This document shows positions 1 through 10,836 of a stretch of 64,000 nucleotides of DNA, in pieces (within the stretch, counting starts at the first letter, position 1; the number at the start of each line of letters is the position of its first letter). The notes beneath the pieces were generated by a model. That model saw only the letters and a list, made by a program, of their open reading frames with translations, did no database searches and was not told where the DNA came from. Origin of the DNA: Actinomycetota bacterium (GTDB lineage: Bacteria > Actinomycetota > Actinomycetes > JAKEEW01); contig JBKOZJ010000008.1 of assembly GCA_046725875.1 (NCBI GenBank), positions 1-64,000 on the forward strand. The letters are read 5' to 3'. Made by a program: the position numbers and the translations under genes.

Positions 1-235
1 GTTCACCGGCCGCACCAAGCTCACCGGCCAAGGCCGACCCGGGCTTCGGCTGAGCCTGCCCTCCGCGGCATTGAGACACACCGTGATCTCGACGCTCATC
101 ATGGGCAGCCCCGCCCGTCGTCTCACCAACCCGATCACACGCTGCTGGGGCCAACCCCATCACCGCTATGCAGGGACAGACGACGGACGAGGCACCGACC
201 AAACCCTTGACCCAAACGACTCACGCATGAGCGGA
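1..235 (+). mobile_element. IS110-family element remnant: truncated transposase C-terminal part plus non-coding right end
   Basis: Frame 2 from base 2 reads FTGRTKLTGQGRPGLRL, as I recall from actinobacterial IS110 transposases, then the resemblance stops. About 180 bp of non-coding-like sequence follows, with TTGACC at 207-212 near the presumed end. The boundary is approximate. Confidence 0.6.
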
Positions 236-285
236 TGTTGGGCAGAGAGGCGTGCCGGATTCACACTGTGGGCGGGGTAGCAGAC

Positions 286-672
286 ATGCTGCAACAAAGA
301 GCCAGCGCACACGCCATGGTTGCCGTGGCGGACCTGTCCCGCGCGAAGGCGTTCTACTCAGACGTACTCGGCCTCGAACCCTACGAGGACCGTGGATCAG
401 CCATTCGCTACGAGCTGCGCGGTGGTACCTGGTTCATGATCTACCGGTCGGAATACGCGCAACCAGGGGACACGACGCGGTTGAAGTTCGAGGTCGACGA
501 CGTCCGCGACGTCGTGGCGGAACTGAGAAGCCGTGGCGTTGCGTTCGAGGAATACGACCTTCCCGGTGTGAAGACCGTGGACGGAGTCGCCATGCATTCC
601 AGCGGAGCGCTCGGAGCGTGGTTCAAGGACCCGGACGGGAACATCCTGCAGATCGGCCAGTACCGGTCCTAG
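286..672 (+). CDS. VOC/glyoxalase family protein
   Basis: VADLSRAKAFYSDVLGL, FEVDDV and AWFKDPDGNILQI motifs; ATG at 286. Confidence 0.9.
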   Translation: MLQQRASAHAMVAVADLSRAKAFYSDVLGLEPYEDRGSAIRYELRGGTWFMIYRSEYAQPGDTTRLKFEVDDVRDVVAELRSRGVAFEEYDLPGVKTVDGVAMHSSGALGAWFKDPDGNILQIGQYRS

Positions 673-827
673 CGCGACCTCGGCATGACTGAGCGCAGAT
701 CGCGGCGTCTGCGGATGTTAATGCGGCAGGATCGGACCGTGCGCGCGCAGCCTTGAAGAGCCTTCATCTCCTGGGGGGACGGAGTGGGCTATATCTACTG
801 CTGATCCCCCGTTAAAGGTCGATTGGG

Positions 828-1368
828 GTGGATCTTGTCGTCCGTACGGTGCCGTTCGCTGACGTAGCGCTCTCGAAGATCCGTCGCTCGCACGTCGAGG
901 CGTGGATCAAGTCCATGGACGCGGCCGGTCTGGCGCCGGGCACGATCAGGACGCGGATCAACAACGCCCGCGCGGCCTTCCGGGGCGCAGCACGTGACCG
1001 CATCGTCGCCGCGATCCCAGTGCGGGCGTCAGGCTGTCCCGAACCGTCGCACGACACGCGCCATGACGCTTCCCACGGCCGAGCAGATCGCCGTGATCCT
1101 GCACGCCGTCGACGATCGGTTCGGTGCTCTCGTCGCGCTGTGCGCGTTCGCTGGCCTGCGCCTCCGTGAAGCCGCCGCCGTCCAGGTTGGCGGCACTCGG
1201 GCACGCGAAGGCAACAAACGACGCTCGGCACGTACAGCCATCTTTGGCCGACCCGGAGGATCAGACCCGGCAGGCGGCGGGCGAGCTCATAGCCGCGGCG
1301 TTGCCGACTCTTGCGGACCAGGTGCGGACTAGCGGGCAACTGATGCACCCTGACTGCGGGAACGGCGT

Positions 1369-1381
<13 letters not shown>
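828..1381 (+). pseudogene. Degenerate tyrosine recombinase/integrase (frameshifted, internally deleted)
   Basis: Pieces lie in different frames: core-binding IRRSHVEAWIKSM..GLAPGTIRTR, box I ALCAFAGLRLREA, and box II LGHAKA / TTLGTYSHLWP / EDQTRQAA. The H-x-x-R region is missing. Confidence 0.85.
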
Positions 1382-2445
<1,064 letters not shown>

Positions 2446-2610
2446 GGCCGCCAGTCTATTTATGTACGGCGGCGAGCCGGGTCGACGGAGAAATGCATCG
2501 CGGGCTCGCACGACTGAAACGCCGGGCAGCATTGGGACGCGGCAAGTGGCTGTGCGACACGCCGCGCCGAATCGAACAAACTGTCGCCCTGGGCCGCGAC
2601 CATGGGCTTC

Positions 2611-3900
2611 ATGACCATGACCACGGTCGTCCTGGTTCTCGCCAGCCTCGGCCTCGGCGGCGTGATCGGCGTGCTCGCTTCCCGGCTGCAGAGCGCCGCA
2701 CGGGTCGCGACCGCGATCGCCGAGCGGGATGCGGCCCTCGACCGGGTGCGGCTCGGCGAGACGAGCCAGCAACGGCTCGCCGAGCAGTTCAGGGCACTCT
2801 CGGCCGATGCGCTCCAGCAATCGAGCGAGCAGTTGCTGCAGCTTGCCGAAGTCCGGCTGCGGCAGGCTCAGACGGTGGCGGCGGCCGAGCTCGACCAGCG
2901 GCGGCAGGCCGTCGAGCACATGGTCGGTCCGCTCACGGAGACGCTCGGCAAGGTCGAGACGCACCTGCAGGCGGTAGAGAAGGAGCGGACCTCCGCTTAT
3001 TCTGCGCTGCGCATACAGGTCGAGCAGATGCGCTCCACGTCCGAGCAGCTGCGGGCCCAGACCGCCTCGCTGGTAACCGCGTTGCGCGCGCCCCAAGTAC
3101 GCGGCCGCTGGGGTGAGATGCAGCTGCGCAAGGTCGTGGAGTCGGCCGGCATGGTGGAGCACTGCGATTTCACCGAGCAGGAAACCGCAGCAGGCCCTGA
3201 TGGCGTCATGCGCCCTGACCTCATCGTCAAGCTGGCGGGCGGCAAGCAGGTGGTCGTGGACGCCAAGGTCAGCTTCGCCGGGTTTATCGAGGCGATGGAG
3301 GCGAACGACGATGCGACGAGAACGGCTCGGCTCCGCGCGCACGCCCGCCATTTGCGCGACCATGTGGACCGGCTTGCGGCGAAGGCCTACTGGGAGTGCT
3401 TCTCACCGACGCCCGAATTTGTCGTCATGTTCGTTCCGGCCGACGCGTTCCTCCAGGCCGCACTCGAGCAAGAGCCGGCATTGCTCGAGTACGCCTTCGA
3501 GCGGAAGGTGGTCATTGCGACACCGAGCAACCTAATCGCCCTGCTCAGGACCGTCGGCTATGCATGGCGCCAGGAGGCGCTCGCCGCGAACGCACAGCGG
3601 GTGTTCGAGCTTGGCCGTGAGCTGCACTCCAGGCTCGCCACGATGGGCGGCCACCTGGCCAAGCTCGGTGGGCAGCTGGAGAGCGCCGTCAAGGCCTACA
3701 ACAGCACGGTTGCGTCGCTAGAGAGTCGGGTATTTGTAACCGCTCGCCGGTTCAGCGAGCTAAAGGTGGCTGACGAGGATCTCGAGCCGCCGGGGCAGAT
3801 CTCGCAGGTTCCACGGCAGGTCCAGGCCCCGGAGCTGGTGGCCTCGGCCGACGACTCACTCGTCCCGCTGCCCGAGACGAAGTCGGCGAGCGGCACGTAA
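2611..3900 (+). CDS. rmuC: DNA recombination protein RmuC
   Basis: N-terminal TM, coiled coil, RGRWGE, RPD..V.L, VVDAK, PEFVVMFVP; start 2602 or 2611. Confidence 0.93.
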   Translation: MTMTTVVLVLASLGLGGVIGVLASRLQSAARVATAIAERDAALDRVRLGETSQQRLAEQFRALSADALQQSSEQLLQLAEVRLRQAQTVAAAELDQRRQAVEHMVGPLTETLGKVETHLQAVEKERTSAYSALRIQVEQMRSTSEQLRAQTASLVTALRAPQVRGRWGEMQLRKVVESAGMVEHCDFTEQETAAGPDGVMRPDLIVKLAGGKQVVVDAKVSFAGFIEAMEANDDATRTARLRAHARHLRDHVDRLAAKAYWECFSPTPEFVVMFVPADAFLQAALEQEPALLEYAFERKVVIATPSNLIALLRTVGYAWRQEALAANAQRVFELGRELHSRLATMGGHLAKLGGQLESAVKAYNSTVASLESRVFVTARRFSELKVADEDLEPPGQISQVPRQVQAPELVASADDSLVPLPETKSASGT

Positions 3901-3936
3901 GCCGAGTGCAATCCTGGGCGGCGGGAGGCGGACCAC

Positions 3937-4905
3937 TTAGCGTGCCTTGGCCGAGCGGAGGTCACGCCGTAGCTCGGGCGGGAGCGCGAAGAGCAGGCTC
4001 TCGTCGGCGGCCCGGATCTCTTCGACGTGGTCGTAGCCGCGGCGGGCCAGCCAGTCGAGCACACCACGGACCAGGATCTCCGGTACTGAGGCGCCGCTCG
4101 TAACACCGACGGTCGCCACTGCATCGAGCCAGGCCTCGTCGATTTGTTCGGCCTTGTCGACCAGGTAGGCCGCGCCAGCGCCACTCTCCAGCGCGACCTC
4201 GACGAGGCGGACCGAGTTGGACGAGTTCGGCGAACCGACAACGATCACCAGGTCGGCGTCCCGCGCCATGACTTTGACTGCGCTTTGGCGATTCTGGGTC
4301 GCGTAGCAGATGTCGTCGCTGGGCGGGTCCATGAGCAGCGGAAACCGCTCACGGAGCTTCCCAACCGTCGCAATCGTCTCGTCCACCGAAAGCGTGGTCT
4401 GGGACAGCCAGGCGACCTTGGCCGGATCCCGTACCTGAACGTTCGCGACATCCTCCGGTCCGTCGACGAGGTGAATATGATCCGGCGCTTCGCCGGTCGT
4501 GCCGATCACCTCTTCGTGGCCCTCATGCCCGATCAGCAGGATGTCGTAGTCCTCGCCGGCGAACCGCCGGGCCTCGTTGTGCACCTTGGTCACGAGCGGG
4601 CAGGTGGCATCGATCGCCTTCAAGCGGCGCTCGTGCGCCTCCTCGTGCACGGCCGGCGCGACGCCGTGTGCCGAGAAGATGACGATGGATCCCTCCGGCA
4701 CCTCGTCGGTCTCCTCGACAAAGATCGCGCCTCTGTCCTCGAGGGTCTCGACCACGTGCTTGTTGTGGACGATCTGCTTGCGCACGTAAACAGGCGGGCC
4801 GTAGAGCTCGAGGGCCTTCTCGACGGTCTCTACGGCCCGGTCCACCCCGGCGCAGTAGCCGCGGGGCGCAGCGAGGAGCACGCGGCGACCGGGCTTCCAA
4901 GCCAT
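3937..4905 (-). CDS. ispH: 4-hydroxy-3-methylbut-2-enyl diphosphate reductase
   Basis: [41 protein letters not shown]. Confidence 0.97.
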   Translation of the reverse strand: MAWKPGRRVLLAAPRGYCAGVDRAVETVEKALELYGPPVYVRKQIVHNKHVVETLEDRGAIFVEETDEVPEGSIVIFSAHGVAPAVHEEAHERRLKAIDATCPLVTKVHNEARRFAGEDYDILLIGHEGHEEVIGTTGEAPDHIHLVDGPEDVANVQVRDPAKVAWLSQTTLSVDETIATVGKLRERFPLLMDPPSDDICYATQNRQSAVKVMARDADLVIVVGSPNSSNSVRLVEVALESGAGAAYLVDKAEQIDEAWLDAVATVGVTSGASVPEILVRGVLDWLARRGYDHVEEIRAADESLLFALPPELRRDLRSAKAR

Positions 4906-5039
4906 CCAGCCATCGTACGTGCCGGGATCGGTACGGCCGTGCGGGGAGCCGTCTCGCAAGTCCACAGTTGTGCTGATTTACACAGTGTGTTGCGGTCCGC
5001 AGACGCTTGGTTGTGATCGGAGACACTACTGTGGCGATC

Positions 5040-6257
5040 ATGGGGTTGGAGACGTCGGCCGAGCGACCGGTGCCGGTACGCACTGTGGCTCGGCTCATCG
5101 GTCAGTGGATTGGTCGGCTCGGCCGGATATGGGTCGAGGGCCAGATCGCGCAGCTGACCCGGCGACCCGGCGGCGGGGTGGTCTTCATCACCCTGCGTGA
5201 TCCAGTTGCGGACGTATCCCTGCAGGTGACCTGCGGTCCCGGCGTGATCGATGCCGCGGGCGTTGCGATCTCGGAGGGGCAGCGGATCGTTCTGTTCGCC
5301 AGGCCGGAGTTCTATGTTCCACGGGGCACATTGGCGCTGAACGCGGAGCAGATCAGGCCGGTTGGCTTGGGCGAGCTCCTCGCCCGCATCGAGCAGTTGC
5401 GGCGGGTTCTCGCCGCCGAAGGGCTGTTCGAACCGCGACGCAAGAAGCGGCTGCCCTTCCTGCCGGCAACTGTCGGTCTTATTAGCGGGCGCGGCTCCGC
5501 CGCCGAACGAGACGTGATCGAAAACGCTCGACGCCGCTGGCCGGCGGTGCGATTCCAGATCGAGGAGGTTGCGGTCCAGGGACCTTATGCCGTCACCCAG
5601 GTGGTCGAGGCGCTGCGGCGCCTAGACCGGCACTCCGGGGTCGACGTGATCGTGATCGCTCGCGGGGGTGGGAGCGTCGAAGATCTCCTGCCGTTCTCGG
5701 ACGAGGCGCTGCTGCGTGCGGTTGCAGCAAGCCGAACCCCCGTTGTCAGCGCCATCGGACACGAGCAGGACACTCCGCTGCTCGACCTCGTCGCGGACGT
5801 CAGAGCGTCGACGCCGACCGATGCTGCCAAGCGGATCGTTCCCGATGTTGGCGACGAGTCACGTCTGGTCGCCGACCTCAAGGCCCGGGCCCGCCGCGCG
5901 TTGGCTGCGCGCACCGGGCAGGAGGCGGAGTGGCTGGAAGCGCTGCGCAATCGGTCGGTCCTCGCTCACCCTGGACGTGAGATCGACCGGCGGGCTGGCG
6001 AAATTGCCGACCAGCTCAATTGGATCCGACGACTCATCGAGCATCTTCTCGACCGGGCGAGCAGCGACGTCGGCCACAGCCTCGCTCGGGCGCAAGCGCT
6101 GTCCCCTCTTGCCACCCTTCGACGCGGCTATGCGATCGTCCAGCACGACCACCAAATCGTCCACTCACCCGCGGCTGCCCCCGCCGGCGTCACGCTCACC
6201 ATCAGACTGGCCGCCGGCCGCCTGGCGGCCGTCTCCCAGGGAGAGCCCGAATCCTAA
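5040..6257 (+). CDS. xseA: Exodeoxyribonuclease VII large subunit
   Basis: WVEGQI OB fold, [34 protein letters not shown]. Confidence 0.96.
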   Translation: MGLETSAERPVPVRTVARLIGQWIGRLGRIWVEGQIAQLTRRPGGGVVFITLRDPVADVSLQVTCGPGVIDAAGVAISEGQRIVLFARPEFYVPRGTLALNAEQIRPVGLGELLARIEQLRRVLAAEGLFEPRRKKRLPFLPATVGLISGRGSAAERDVIENARRRWPAVRFQIEEVAVQGPYAVTQVVEALRRLDRHSGVDVIVIARGGGSVEDLLPFSDEALLRAVAASRTPVVSAIGHEQDTPLLDLVADVRASTPTDAAKRIVPDVGDESRLVADLKARARRALAARTGQEAEWLEALRNRSVLAHPGREIDRRAGEIADQLNWIRRLIEHLLDRASSDVGHSLARAQALSPLATLRRGYAIVQHDHQIVHSPAAAPAGVTLTIRLAAGRLAAVSQGEPES

Positions 6258-6499
6258 GTCCAACCCGGCACACGGTCGTGTGATGGAGCCAGGGCGGTCA
6301 GCGCGGAACCGGTTGCTGGTGCCGACGCCGACTGCTCGCCTTCGAGCGCCAGTGCTCGTTCGAGTCGGACCCGGGCGCGCTCGGCCCGGCGCGCCAGCCG
6401 TCGCAGGCTGTCGAAGCTGTGCCTGCGCCGGGCATCCCTGGCCCACTCGAGCCGGCGGTCGACCTCGGCTTGCAGCAGCTCACCGTGAAGCAGTGACAT
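6254..6499 (-). CDS. Small hypothetical protein (81 aa, helical, Arg-rich)
   Basis: Strong RBS GGAGGAGG 5 nt before the ATG; downstream of and co-oriented with the PadR gene. Confidence 0.6.
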   Translation of the reverse strand: MSLLHGELLQAEVDRRLEWARDARRRHSFDSLRRLARRAERARVRLERALALEGEQSASAPATGSALTALAPSHDRVPGWT

Positions 6500-6580
6500 G
6501 AGAACCTCCTCCACCAGACGCTCTGGTCATCTCCTCGTTGATGGCCTCAGTCTTGCGGGTGGGTCTGACAATTTCGGTCT

Positions 6581-7306
6581 CTAGGCGCCGCCGCGTCGCA
6601 GTACTTTCGCGATGCTTTCGTAGGCCTCGTCGAGCGCTGCTTGGCAGTCGCGCAGCTCTTCCTCGGACAGCCGGCGCCGTCCCGCCGTCGCTCGTACGCG
6701 ATCACGGAACTCATCGAGCGCGCGCTCCAAGCGCCCAGGCCCCCCCACACCGCGGACAGCGTCCCGAAGATCACTGTGCCAGCCGCGGGCGGCATCTTCC
6801 CAAGCCCCTCTGATCTCTTCCTTCAGCTCCTGTTTGGCCTCTCGCAGCTCCTCTTTGACCCCGCGGAGCTCGTCCATCGCGTCCTGACGGCGCTGCCTGT
6901 TCCCATGTCGCTGCTGGCGGCGGATGTCTCGGGCGGCGTGCTTCAGCTCCTCGCGGATGTCCCGAATCGACCCGTGCACCTCGTCTCTGATTTCGCTGGC
7001 TAGATCGTGGACGCTCCGCTTGATGTCCGCTTCGAGTTCTGCGAGTTCGGCCGCCCGGGCGCGCAGCTCGGCCCGGCCTTGGTCGGTAAGGCGGTAGACC
7101 TTCTTCCCCTCCTCGATTGAGTGCGTCACCAGGCCCTCAGCTTCGAGCCGAGACAGGCGGGGATAGATCGTGCCGGCGGACGGCGCATAGGTGCCCATGA
7201 ACCTGTCTTCCAGGAGCCGGATCACGTCGTAACCGTGCCGTGGCTCCTCGTCGATGAGCTTGAGCAGGTAGAGGCGGAGCCGGCCGTGCCCGAACACAGG
7301 GGTCAT
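6581..7306 (-). CDS. PadR-family transcriptional regulator with C-terminal coiled coil
   Basis: LRLYLL.L..EPRHGYDVI..LE..Y.PSAGTIYPRL.RLE..GLV, KKVYRLT. Confidence 0.93.
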   Translation of the reverse strand: MTPVFGHGRLRLYLLKLIDEEPRHGYDVIRLLEDRFMGTYAPSAGTIYPRLSRLEAEGLVTHSIEEGKKVYRLTDQGRAELRARAAELAELEADIKRSVHDLASEIRDEVHGSIRDIREELKHAARDIRRQQRHGNRQRRQDAMDELRGVKEELREAKQELKEEIRGAWEDAARGWHSDLRDAVRGVGGPGRLERALDEFRDRVRATAGRRRLSEEELRDCQAALDEAYESIAKVLRRGGA

Positions 7307-8223
7307 GACCGCTCCTGGCTGCCGGACCGGTCGGCCGACCCGGACTGACCATGAACTGCCGATCCCGGCACGCTCTCGACGCCCCCAATGTCCAGCTCGT
7401 CCAAGTGTTCCTGCTCGCCGTACTCATTCTCGCGGCGCAAAACCGTGACGTGGCCGGACACTGTGTGGGCGCGGAGCCGAGGTCCGCCCGCGCCGATTGG
7501 GCCTTCGGCGGTCCGGCTGCCTGGCCAGCCGCTCGACCGGATCTCGGGAAAGCTGCTCGCGACTTGACCACCGGTCGTTGTCAGTCGAAGGTCCGCGTCG
7601 CATTTGTACGGAAGCCGGATAGTGGCATCGCCCGACACGGTGTTCAGGTGCATCGCGGGAACAGGAGTCTGGATGTCCAGCGCTATTGCACCGGAGACCG
7701 TCTCGATGTTGGCGGACCGCCCGCTCAGATCGACTGCAGTGATGTCACCTGAAATTGTCTTGGCGGCGAAGGACTCGCTGATGCGCTCCGCCTCGATGGC
7801 CCCGGACACGGTTCCGGCGTCCACATCCGTGAGCCGGGCCAGGGTGAGGTCGCCAGAGACACCGGTGATGCGGACCTGGCCGTCGATGCCTGAAGCCACG
7901 GTCGTCGCTGCCACTGCATCAATCGCGACCTCACAGTCGCGGGGCACGGCGACCGACAGGTGCACGGCCGTCCGTATCCCTCGACCAGTGATCCAACCGA
8001 CCGGGTCCGGCCAGCGGAACGGCCAGTTCCGGTAACCGATGTCGAGAACACCCGCCTCATCCACGGTCACGTCGAGATCCTTGCCCGATATGGCGGTGAC
8101 CTCGAGCGTGGGCACCCCGTCGGTGCCGACGACCTGCACCGTCCCGCTGACGGTCTTGATTCGCAGGTGCCGAAGCGTGTCGAAGGTCAACGTCGTGGGC
8201 TCTTTGATCGTCCAGCTGGTCAT
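7303..8223 (-). CDS. DUF4097-family beta-strand repeat protein
   Basis: Repeated (T/V)(V/I)SG(D/A/T) motifs; RBS GGAGG; ATGA overlap with the PadR gene. Confidence 0.85.
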   Translation of the reverse strand: MTSWTIKEPTTLTFDTLRHLRIKTVSGTVQVVGTDGVPTLEVTAISGKDLDVTVDEAGVLDIGYRNWPFRWPDPVGWITGRGIRTAVHLSVAVPRDCEVAIDAVAATTVASGIDGQVRITGVSGDLTLARLTDVDAGTVSGAIEAERISESFAAKTISGDITAVDLSGRSANIETVSGAIALDIQTPVPAMHLNTVSGDATIRLPYKCDADLRLTTTGGQVASSFPEIRSSGWPGSRTAEGPIGAGGPRLRAHTVSGHVTVLRRENEYGEQEHLDELDIGGVESVPGSAVHGQSGSADRSGSQERS

Positions 8224-8248
8224 GGGATGCCTCCGTGGGTGGCGGTAC

Positions 8249-8290
8249 ACACGTTATATCGCGACTTTAGCCAGACACGATATATCGCGT
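8249..8290. promoter_or_regulatory. Two tandem palindromic boxes, probable PadR operators
   Basis: ACACGTTATATCGCGA (8249-8264) and ACACGATATATCGCGT (8275-8290), just upstream of the DUF4097-PadR operon. Confidence 0.7.
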
Positions 8291-8416
8291 CAACCTGCAA
8301 CGGCTCGCCCGCGTCCGACCGGACGCAACGCGTTTCCGCCGCACGAGGCGAGGACGACCGGTACCCGAGTGTCAACTACGGCGGACCGCTCCAAGCAGGC
8401 GGCAGAATGTGGCTCC

Positions 8417-8650
8417 GTGGCGGACGAGGAGCTTGGTTACGAGCAAGCGCGAGACGAGCTCGCCGAGGTGGTGCGCAAGCTGGAGGCCGGCGGTCTAACC
8501 CTGGAGGAGTCGCTCGCGCTGTGGGAACGCGGCGAGTACCTCGCAAAGGTCTGTCAACAATGGCTGGACGGCGCTCGCGCCAGACTCGCTGCCGCGATCG
8601 CCGCCGACGAGACGAAGCAGGAGAAGCCGGACGGTCCAGCGAGCGGCTAG
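8417..8650 (+). CDS. xseB: Exodeoxyribonuclease VII small subunit
   Basis: [34 protein letters not shown]...L. Confidence 0.95.
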   Translation: MADEELGYEQARDELAEVVRKLEAGGLTLEESLALWERGEYLAKVCQQWLDGARARLAAAIAADETKQEKPDGPASG

Positions 8651-8767
8651 CCCAACCCGGGTCAACGACCGTCTGGGCCTGACCGCGGGTCTGCATGCGT
8701 CGGGCGCGCGCGGGGCAGCGATTGCCTGGCCCGACCGCGGGTCAGCGAACGTCCGGCCGGACCCGGA

Positions 8768-9394
8768 TTAGCGAACGTCGAGAGCCAGCGCAAGCTCGGC
8801 GAGGGTCTCGTAGCTTGCCATCCCGGCGACCACGACGACTGCGTCGGCCCGCTCCAGGACGAGGGCCCTAAGGTCGCGGCCGTGCGAGTAGTGCTTCGAC
8901 CAATACAACGTGCCCACCCTGAGCACACCGTCCGGCCGTCCGTTGCCGGTCAGCAGGTCGATGAACTCGTCGTGGTCACCGTCGCTCTGCTCGAGGCCCA
9001 CCGTGTCACCGGTTGGCGCAATGTAGCCGAGGTGCCACCGGCTGGCTCCCCGGTACGTCGTGAATTTCGCGCTGGTCGGGGTCCATCCCGGCCCGAGCCC
9101 AACCGGCACGAGAATGTTGTACGGAGCGGTCGCTCGGGCGGCGGCCAGCTCGTCGGCATAGTCGACCGCCCTTATGGCGTCGTTGGTTCGCGGCGTTACC
9201 AGGACGATAGCGCCGACCAGGCCGACTACGACTAGCGCAGAAACCAGCCACCGGAGGCGGCTCCGGCTCGGCTGGCCGATCGCCGGCGCGGCAGCCCGGG
9301 CACTGCCACGACGGGTTCGCTGGTCGACCGGGCGGCCGACCACTGATCCCGGACCAACCGCCTCCGGCGCGTGGTCGTGCTCCGTGCTCGCCAC
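8768..9394 (-). CDS. DUF4245-like membrane-anchored protein
   Basis: Single TM, then P.GL..GW.PTSA and WHLGY..P; usual position between xseB and glpX; RBS GGAGGA before GTG. Confidence 0.75.
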   Translation of the reverse strand: MASTEHDHAPEAVGPGSVVGRPVDQRTRRGSARAAAPAIGQPSRSRLRWLVSALVVVGLVGAIVLVTPRTNDAIRAVDYADELAAARATAPYNILVPVGLGPGWTPTSAKFTTYRGASRWHLGYIAPTGDTVGLEQSDGDHDEFIDLLTGNGRPDGVLRVGTLYWSKHYSHGRDLRALVLERADAVVVVAGMASYETLAELALALDVR

Positions 9395-9655
9395 GAAGAC
9401 ATCCTCCCCGACGGTGAGCGGGGCCGTGTACATCAACCGCGCGATTAGCCACTTCGCCCGGATGTCCGGTTCACCCGAGCTGTCGCCCCCGCAGCCAGCA
9501 CGATCATGGTGGCGACGGGTATGCGTCCGGCGTGCCGGCGGCGACCAGGGATCGGTCTCGAGCTAGGAGCCTGGCCGGGACTGGCAAATCAGGTCGAGCG
9601 ACAATTGCTCCGTCCGCTTGCCGGGCCGCGGGTGTCGCGATGAAGGGGACGGCCG

Positions 9656-10723
9656 ATGACCGATAGCTCAGCGATCCCAGCCGCGTTGGAGGTCGAGCGC
9701 GAGGCGCCCGACCGAAACCTTGCCTTGGAGCTGGTACGGGTGACCGAGGCGGCGGCAATGGCGGCCGGCCGGTGGGTCGGCCGGGGCGACAAGAACGGCG
9801 CCGACGCGGCCGCCGTCAATGCCATGCGGCAGCTCATCGGCACGGTGTCCATGGATGGCGTCGTGGTGATCGGGGAGGGCGAGAAGGACAACGCGCCGAT
9901 GCTCTACAACGGCGAGCGCGTCGGCGACCTGACCGGCCCGGAGTGCGACGTGGCCGTGGACCCGATCGACGGCACGCGGCTGACCGCCAAGGGCATGAGC
10001 AACGCCCTCTCCGTGCTCGCGGTGGCGGAGCGCGCAACGATGTATGACCCGTCCGCGGTCTTCTACATGGACAAGCTCGCGACCGGCCCAGAGGCCGCCG
10101 AATACGTAGACATCAGCGCCCCACCTGCCGAGAATGTGCGGGCCGTCGCGCGGGCCAAGCGAGAATCGCCGGCCGACGTTACCGTCTGCATCCTCGATCG
10201 GCCGCGGCACGAGCGCTTGGTCGAGGAGGTACGGTCGACCGGCGCCCGGATCAAGTTCATAACCGACGGGGATGTGGCTGGGGCAATCATGGCCGCCCGC
10301 GAGGGGACTGGCGTCGACCTGCTAATGGGCGTCGGCGGCACGCCCGAAGGAGTGATCGCCGCATGTGCGATCAAGTGCCTCGGCGGGGTCATCCAGGGCA
10401 AGCTCTGGCCGCGTGATGACGCCGAACGGGAGAAAGCGATCGCGGCCGGCCACGACCTGGACCGGGTGCTCACCACTGACGACCTGGTCAGCGGCGATAA
10501 CGTGTTCTTCGTCGGCACCGGCATCACGGATGGCGAGGTCTTGCGGGGCGTTCGCTTCCGATCCGGCGGCGCGACCACGCATTCGATCGTCATGCGGTCG
10601 AAGAGCGGCACCGTGCGGCTCATCGAGAGCCACCACCGGCTGGCCAAGCTTCGGGCGTACGCGTCGATCGACTTCAACGGCATCGTGGACGGCGTGGCGG
10701 CACCCACCGCGGAAGGACGTTAA
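9656..10723 (+). CDS. glpX: Fructose-1,6-bisphosphatase class II
   Basis: [42 protein letters not shown]. Confidence 0.97.
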   Translation: MTDSSAIPAALEVEREAPDRNLALELVRVTEAAAMAAGRWVGRGDKNGADAAAVNAMRQLIGTVSMDGVVVIGEGEKDNAPMLYNGERVGDLTGPECDVAVDPIDGTRLTAKGMSNALSVLAVAERATMYDPSAVFYMDKLATGPEAAEYVDISAPPAENVRAVARAKRESPADVTVCILDRPRHERLVEEVRSTGARIKFITDGDVAGAIMAAREGTGVDLLMGVGGTPEGVIAACAIKCLGGVIQGKLWPRDDAEREKAIAAGHDLDRVLTTDDLVSGDNVFFVGTGITDGEVLRGVRFRSGGATTHSIVMRSKSGTVRLIESHHRLAKLRAYASIDFNGIVDGVAAPTAEGR

Positions 10724-10836
10724 CGGCTGCTGTGGGCCCGGCGGCGAGGCTGCGGCGGCAGAAAATGACCGGGCCGGCTGTCGGACCCTTCCTCTACTGT
10801 GGCTGAGCGCGACGAAACCACGGCGAGGAGGGCCAG

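Noticed and set aside
237..723. Integron cassette (GTTGGGC core before the VOC gene)
   Set aside because: No convincing RYYYAAC or attC hairpin after the gene, and the nearby integrase remnant shows no IntI-like features
2572..2587. LexA box TCGAAC-N4-TGTCGC before rmuC
   Set aside because: Right half-site has 3 mismatches to GTTCGA; the PafBC-like reading fits better
2446..3363. Apparent 306-aa N-terminal extension of YchF in the ORF track
   Set aside because: It is the antisense shadow of rmuC; YchF homology and a -10 hexamer place the start at 2445
4969..4984. CRP/GlxR-like TGTGC-N6-ACACA between ispH and xseA
   Set aside because: Two mismatches at key positions and no supporting context
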